A stretch of DNA of 64,000 bases from Planctomycetota bacterium (GTDB lineage: Bacteria > Planctomycetota > UBA1135 > UBA2386): contig OZ245006.1 of the NCBI GenBank assembly GCA_965223545.1, positions 7,072,001 through 7,136,000 of the forward strand, read 5' to 3'. Below the pieces are notes generated by a model that saw nothing but the letters and a program-made list of their open reading frames with translations, was not told where the DNA came from and ran no database searches. Position 1 is the stretch's first letter. The number at the start of each line of letters is the position of its first letter. The position numbers and the translations under genes are program-made. Of this stretch, positions 55,991 to 64,000 are shown piece after piece.

Positions 55991-57580
55991 ATGAGTGCGT
56001 CGCCCGCCACCGACCCGTCCGACTTCGCGCGTTTCCTGCACTGGCGGCGCGCCCTCGCACAGCCCGCGATGACGCTCGACTTCGGCCGCGCCGGTTTGCG
56101 GGACGAGGACCTCGACGCGCACGGCGACGCGCTCGGGCGCGCGCTCGAGGCGATGCACGCGCTCGAAGGCGGCGCGATCGCCAACCCCGACGAGCAGCGG
56201 CAGGTCGGCCACTACTGGCTCCGCGCCCCCGAGCTGGCGCCGGAGCCGGCGATCGCCGATTCGATCCGCGGCGGCGTCGACGCGGTGTGTGCGTTCGCCG
56301 CGTCCGTCGCCGCCGGCGACGTGGCGCCGCCCGAGGGCGGGCGCTTCCGCGCGCTGTTGGTGGTCGGCATCGGCGGCTCGGCGCTCGGGCCGATGCTGAT
56401 CGCCGACGCGTTCGGCGGTGGCGGTGCCGGCATGCCGGTGACCGTGCTCGACAACACCGATCCCGACGGCATCGACCGCACCCTGGCGTCCCTCGCGCCG
56501 CTGCAGGACGTGTTGGTGTGCGTGATCAGCAAGTCGGGCGGCACGCCGGAGACCCGCAACGGCATGCTCGAGGTCGAGCACGCGCTGCGCACCGACGGGC
56601 TCGCGCTGGCGCCGCGCGCCGTGGCGATCACCCAGGTCGGCAGCGCGCTGCACCAACGCGCGGTCGACGGCGGCTGGCTCGCCACCTTCGAGATGTGGGA
56701 CTGGGTCGGCGGGCGCACCAGCCAGCTGTCGGCGGTCGGGCTGTTGCCGGCAGCCCTCGGCGGCGTGGACGTGCGCGCACTGCTGCGCGGCGCGGCCGCG
56801 GTCGACCGCTGGACGCGGGCGCCCGCGGCCGACAACCCCGCCGCGCTGATGGCGCTGTGGTGGTGGCTCGAGGGCTGTGGCCGCGGCGAGCGGGCGATGG
56901 TGGTGCTGCCCTACAAGGACCGGCTGCAGCTGTTCGGCCGCTACCTGCAGCAGCTGGTGATGGAATCCCTCGGCAAGCGCCTCGACCGCGCCGGAGCCGA
57001 GGTGCACCAGGGGCTGACCGTGTACGGCAACAAGGGCTCGACCGACCAGCACGCCTACGTGCAGCAGCTGCGGGACGGGCGGCACGACTTCTTCGCGGTG
57101 TTCGTCCGCGTGCTCGAAGACCGCGCCGGGGAGTCGATCGAGGTCGAACCCGGGGTCACCGCCGGCGACTACCTCGATGGCTTTCTCTTGGGCACCCGCA
57201 GTGCGCTCGACGAGGCGGGGCGCCGCTCCCTGACCATCACCCTGCGGCGCGTGGACGCGGAATCGATCGGTGGACTGATCGCGCTGTTCGAGCGGGCGGT
57301 CGGCCTCTACGCCGAGCTCATCGACATCAACGCCTACCACCAGCCCGGAGTGGAGGCGGGCAAGCGGGCAGCGGCGCAGGTGCTCGACCTGCAGCGGCGC
57401 GCGCTGGCCGCCATCGACGCCACCCCGCGCACGTGTGTGGAACTCGCCGCTGCGCTCGATGTCGATCCCGCCGACCTGTGGCCGGTGCTCGAACACCTGG
57501 CGCACAACCGGTCGTCGGTGGCGGTCGACGACGACGGCGCACCGGAGGCGGCGCGCTTTCACGGCCCCAAGATCCGGTAG
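55991..57580 (+). CDS. pgi: Glucose-6-phosphate isomerase
   Basis: GIGGSALG, SKSGGTPET, WVGGRTS, QQLVMESLGK, GSTDQHAY and QPGVEAGK. Confidence 0.96.
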   Translation: MSASPATDPSDFARFLHWRRALAQPAMTLDFGRAGLRDEDLDAHGDALGRALEAMHALEGGAIANPDEQRQVGHYWLRAPELAPEPAIADSIRGGVDAVCAFAASVAAGDVAPPEGGRFRALLVVGIGGSALGPMLIADAFGGGGAGMPVTVLDNTDPDGIDRTLASLAPLQDVLVCVISKSGGTPETRNGMLEVEHALRTDGLALAPRAVAITQVGSALHQRAVDGGWLATFEMWDWVGGRTSQLSAVGLLPAALGGVDVRALLRGAAAVDRWTRAPAADNPAALMALWWWLEGCGRGERAMVVLPYKDRLQLFGRYLQQLVMESLGKRLDRAGAEVHQGLTVYGNKGSTDQHAYVQQLRDGRHDFFAVFVRVLEDRAGESIEVEPGVTAGDYLDGFLLGTRSALDEAGRRSLTITLRRVDAESIGGLIALFERAVGLYAELIDINAYHQPGVEAGKRAAAQVLDLQRRALAAIDATPRTCVELAAALDVDPADLWPVLEHLAHNRSSVAVDDDGAPEAARFHGPKIR

Positions 57581-57605
57581 GTGCGGCGATTTCATGCCCC
57601 AACAT

Positions 57606-57634
57606 TTGAGGTTGGGGCGCGTGGCGGGTATAAA
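57606..57634 (+). promoter_or_regulatory. Candidate sigma-70 promoter of guaBA
   Basis: TTGAGG-17 nt-TATAAA, 30 nt before the GTG start. Confidence 0.45.
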
Positions 57635-57664
57635 CCTGGGGCTTTCTCCCACGAGAAGGCGCCC

Positions 57665-59121
57665 GTGCAGAAGATCCAAGGCGTTGGCCTCACCTACGAC
57701 GACGTCCTGCTGATTCCGCGCCAGGCTTCGGCGCTGCCGCGCGACGTCGTCACCGACAGCTGGTTCTGCCGCGGGGTTCCTCTGCGCGTGCCGATCGCCA
57801 GCGCGGCCATGGACACGGTCACCGAGGCGCGGCTGGCGATCGCCCTGGCGCTCGAGGGCGGCATCGGCGTGGTGCACAAGAATCTGTCGGTGCAGGCGCA
57901 GGTGCACGAGGTCGATCGGGTCAAGCGCAGCAGCAACGGCGTGATCCCGGACCCGGTGACGCTGCGGCCGTCGCAGACGGTGGGGGAGGCGCGCGACATG
58001 ATGCGCGACCAGCGCATCAGCGGTCTGCCGGTGGTCGACGACGCGATGCGGGTGCTCGGCATTCTGACGCGGCGCGACCTGCGCTTCGTCGAGAGCCGCG
58101 AGCTGCGGGTCGAGGAGGTGATGACCAAGTCGCCGCTGGTGACCGCACCGCCCGAGACCACGCTCGAGGAGGCGCGCGCCATCCTGCAGCGCAACAAGGT
58201 GGAGAAGCTGCTGCTGGTCGAGCAGGACGGCACCCTGGCCGGCCTGATCACGATCCGCGACATCGACATGACCGAGGAGTTTCCGTACGCGGCCAAGGAC
58301 GCGCGGGGGCGACTGCTGGTCGGTGCGGCGGTCGGCGTGCACGACACCGAGCGGGTCGATCAGCTGGTGGCGGCCGGCTGCGACGTGATCGTGGTGGACA
58401 CGGCGCACGGCCACTCCGACAACGTGCTCAACACGGTGGCGGCGATCAAGCAGCGCCACGACGTGCCCGTGGTCGCCGGCAACGTCGCCACCGCCGACGG
58501 CGCGCGCGCGCTGCTCGAAGTCGGCGCCGACGGCATCAAGGTGGGCATCGGTCCGGGCAGCATCTGCACCACGCGCATCGTCACCGGCGTCGGCGTGCCG
58601 CAGCTCACCGCGGTGATGGAATGCGTGGGCGTGGCCCGCGCGGCGTCGGTGCCGGTCATCGCCGACGGCGGCATTCGCACTTCCGGCGACATGGTCAAGG
58701 CGCTGGCGGCCGGCGCGTCGTCGGTGATGCTGGGCAGCTTGCTCGCCGGCCTCGACGAGGCGCCGGGCGAGACCATTCTGTATCGCGGTCGCACCTTCAA
58801 GGCGGTGCGCGGCATGGGGTCGCTGGGCGCGATGGAGGCCGGCAGCGCCGACCGCTACGCGCAGGGCGAAATCGTCAACACGCCGAAGTTCGTGCCCGAG
58901 GGCATCGAGGGCATGGTGCCGACGCGCGGACCGCTGTCCTCCTACGTCTATCAGCTCGTCGGCGGCATTCGCTCGGGCATGGGATACCTCGGCACGCGCA
59001 CCCTCGACGAGTTGTACGAGCACAGCCGCTTCGTGCAGATCACCGCGGCGGGCGTGCGCGAGTCGCATCCGCACGACGTGCGCATCACCAAGGAGGCGCC
59101 GAACTACAGCGGCGAGGACCA

Positions 59122-59125
<4 letters not shown>
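57665..59125 (+). CDS. guaB: IMP dehydrogenase
   Basis: [18 protein letters not shown] pair, [11 protein letters not shown] and VPEGIEG. Confidence 0.97.
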
Positions 59126-60716
<1,591 letters not shown>

Positions 60717-60720
<4 letters not shown>

Positions 60721-60745
60721 GGGGCGAACCGCCGACCCCCTCACG
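60717..60745. terminator. Hairpin between convergent guaA and ABC permease genes
   Basis: GTGAGGGG...CCCCTCAC inverted repeat spanning the guaA stop. Confidence 0.35.
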
Positions 60746-60750
60746 CCTCA

Positions 60751-62314
60751 TCAAGGATCGCGCCGCACCGCGACCGCGCCCACTGGCGCCCGCAGCCACG
60801 AGAAGATCTCGCGCACCGACGGCCGTTTCCCCGTCATCAGGATCCCGATGCGGAACACCTTGGCCGCGCCCCAGAACGCGATCACGATCGACACCAGGAT
60901 CAGCGCCGTCGTCGCCGCGTACTCCCACGCCGGCGGCGGGCCGGCGGCGCGGTTCATCATCAAGAACGGCGTGAACGGGGGGATGTAGGTCAGCACCTTG
61001 GCGAGGGTGCCGTTGGGGTCGTTGACCACGGGCACCATGGCGGCGATCGGCACGATCAGCAGGACGAAGACGGGTTGCTGCAGGTTTTGCGCCTCCTTGA
61101 GGCTGTTGCAGACGGCGCCGATGCCGACCAGGATCGCGGCGAAGAAGAAGTAGCCGCCCAGGAAGTAGCCGATGAACGAGCCGAGGTAGCGCGGGTCGCC
61201 GATGATGAGCTCGAGCTGGAGGCCGGCGATGCCGGGGGCGAAGTGGGGTGCGACCTCGACGGCGACGACCGCGCAGAGCGCCCAGAACACGACCAGGGTG
61301 AGGCCGGTGGCGGCGATGCCGAAGATCTTGCCGGCCATCAGCTGGAACGGTGAGACCGACGAGAGCAGCACCTCGATGATGCGGTTGGACTTCTCCTCGA
61401 TGGTGTTGGTCAACAGCATCTGCGTGACCATCATGATCGAGATCCACAGCAGGTAGACGAAGACCACCGGCGCGAACTGGTGCGCCTGCTCCTCCTTCTT
61501 GACCTCCTCGATCTCGCCGGTCTCGGCCGAGACCTTCTTGGCCGAGAACTCGAAGCGGTTGCGGATCGAGGCGGCCTGCTCCTTGGACAGCGACAGCGAC
61601 TCGATGCGGCGGGCGCGCACGATCTCGGTGGCGTGGTTGGAGAACCAGCGCCGCAGCTCGCTGTCGGTCAGGTTGTTGGAGACGTAGCGGCTGTCGTCGT
61701 CGCTGCCGACCGGATCCTCTGGAATCACGAAGTAGGCGAACAGCGAGCCGTCCTGCAGCTGCTGCTTGAGTTCGTCTTCGATCGCGTCCGGGTCGCCGTC
61801 TTCGTAGACCCGGATGTAGCGCTCGCGGTCGAGGTTGGTGTCGAGCTGCGCGATCTCCTCGGGCGTCTTGCTCGCCATCCACTGAGTCAGCTGCTCGAGG
61901 AGCATGCTCTGCAGCTCCTCCATGTCGGGCGGTGCGGCGGGATCGGCCTGCGCGACGGCGTCGATGACCAGGCCGAACAGCTCGCGCTGCACCTCGGGGC
62001 CCGCCATCTCCTCTTGCTTCTGGCGCATCAGCGCCAGCACCTCGTCGCGGTCGCCCTCGAGGCTGGCGGCGTCGATGACTTCGTCGAGCAGGCGCTTGAA
62101 GTCGCTCTCGTTGGCGCGGTCCTCGATCGCCTTCGACAGCCACTGCCCCTCGCTGTGGTCGACGACGCCGTAGCGGCGCGCGTCCTTGGCGTCGCGCATC
62201 ACCACCATGATGGCGATGGTGCCGATCAGGATGACCGGGACCGCGAGGATGCCGATCCAAAACGTCTTGGTGCGCAGGTTCTCGAGATACTCGCGCAGCG
62301 CGACCAGCACGGTC

Positions 62315-62322
<8 letters not shown>
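60751..62322 (-). CDS. ABC-2 type exporter permease (NatB-like)
   Basis: REYLENLRTKTF, large extracytoplasmic loop, IEEKSNRIIEVLLSS, LMAGKIFG and six TMs. Confidence 0.9.
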
Positions 62323-63223
<901 letters not shown>

Positions 63224-63309
63224 GGGGCGCTTGGTCTAATTGAGCGGTGGGAGCCAGGCAAGCACGGCGGCGGCTTGTCGGTGGCGGACGGCGCCGGGAC
63301 AATCGGGCT

Positions 63310-64000
63310 TTGCGCCTCCTCCGTCCGTCGTCCTCGCCCGCCGCCCGCAGTCCGCGGCAGCGGCCCTGGCTGGTCCTCGCCGCCGCCCTGCTCGTCGCGG
63401 CAGGGGCCGGCGCGGCCGCGGCGTTCGCGCTGTGCGTGCGCATCGAGCCGGAGCTGGGCGCGGCTGCGCAGCGGCTGGTCGGTCGAGTGTTCGGCACGGC
63501 CGCTGCGGAGCCCGCGCCGACGGCCTCCGGCCTGCCGCGGCTCGCGTTGCACCTGGCGTCGGGCGGCTGGCAGCAGATCCAGGCGGACCGCGCTGCTGCT
63601 CTGCAAGAAGGGTTTCGCAACGCTGACGACAACACCTGGGTGGAGGGGCGCGCGGAGTTCACCGGCGGAACGATGGACGTGCGGGTGCGGCTGAAGGGAG
63701 TGCTCAGCGACCACTGGCAGGATGCGGATCGGTGTTCCTTGCGCATCGACGTGCGCGGCGAGGGCGACCTCGCCGGCGCGCGGCGCTGCTCGATCCAGCG
63801 CCCGGCGACGCGTTCGTTCGTGCACGAGTGGCTGTTTCTGGCGGCGCTCGCCGACGAGGGTGCCATCGCGCTGCACTTCGAGTTCGTCGAGGTCGAGATC
63901 GACGGCCGCGCGCGCGGCATCTACGCCCTGCAGGAGCAGACCGGTCCGCGCCTGCTCGCGCGGCACGGGCTGCCGCCGGCCCCGGTGGTCGGCTTCGACA
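63310..64000 (+). CDS. CotH-family kinase-like protein, truncated by the window end
   Basis: Not in the ORF track because no stop is reached. Manual translation gives an N-terminal TM, then VRVRLKGVLSDHW..SLRI...SIQRP..RSFVHEWL...FVEVEIDGRARGIYALQE. Confidence 0.65.
   Translation, partial: MRLLRPSSSPAARSPRQRPWLVLAAALLVAAGAGAAAAFALCVRIEPELGAAAQRLVGRVFGTAAAEPAPTASGLPRLALHLASGGWQQIQADRAAALQEGFRNADDNTWVEGRAEFTGGTMDVRVRLKGVLSDHWQDADRCSLRIDVRGEGDLAGARRCSIQRPATRSFVHEWLFLAALADEGAIALHFEFVEVEIDGRARGIYALQEQTGPRLLARHGLPPAPVVGFD

Overview
This is a GC-rich (about 70% by eye), gene-dense bacterial chromosome segment, most likely from Planctomycetota. That assignment is inferred from the TIGR02999-type ECF sigma/Ser-Thr kinase pair, the PVC-type ExbB/ExbD/TPR cluster and the TPR-extended secretins. 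Housekeeping content: a complete F1Fo ATP synthase operon, pgi, guaBA, glgC, a family-4 UDG, putP and an ABC exporter. The standout region is 3.3-18.9 kb, made of two convergent blocks. The + strand block encodes an orphan BY-kinase/MinD-like ATPase, a coiled-coil protein and a MamK-like actin, with no other magnetosome genes. The - strand block has two paralogous secretins bracketing two periplasmic TPR proteins and an ExbB-ExbD-ExbD proton-channel motor, with no TonB/TolA, pilin or secretion ATPase. This may be an undescribed PMF-driven, cytoskeleton-linked envelope machine. Other oddities: an S9 serine peptidase fused to an M49 DPP III, a perfect 40-bp-arm palindrome that supplies a globin stop codon, a probable homopolymer frameshift in a secreted-protein gene, and a stand-alone sigma region-4 protein. 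No rRNA, tRNA, CRISPR array or transposase was seen. All family calls come from motif recognition by eye, and several start codons were re-chosen by hand.
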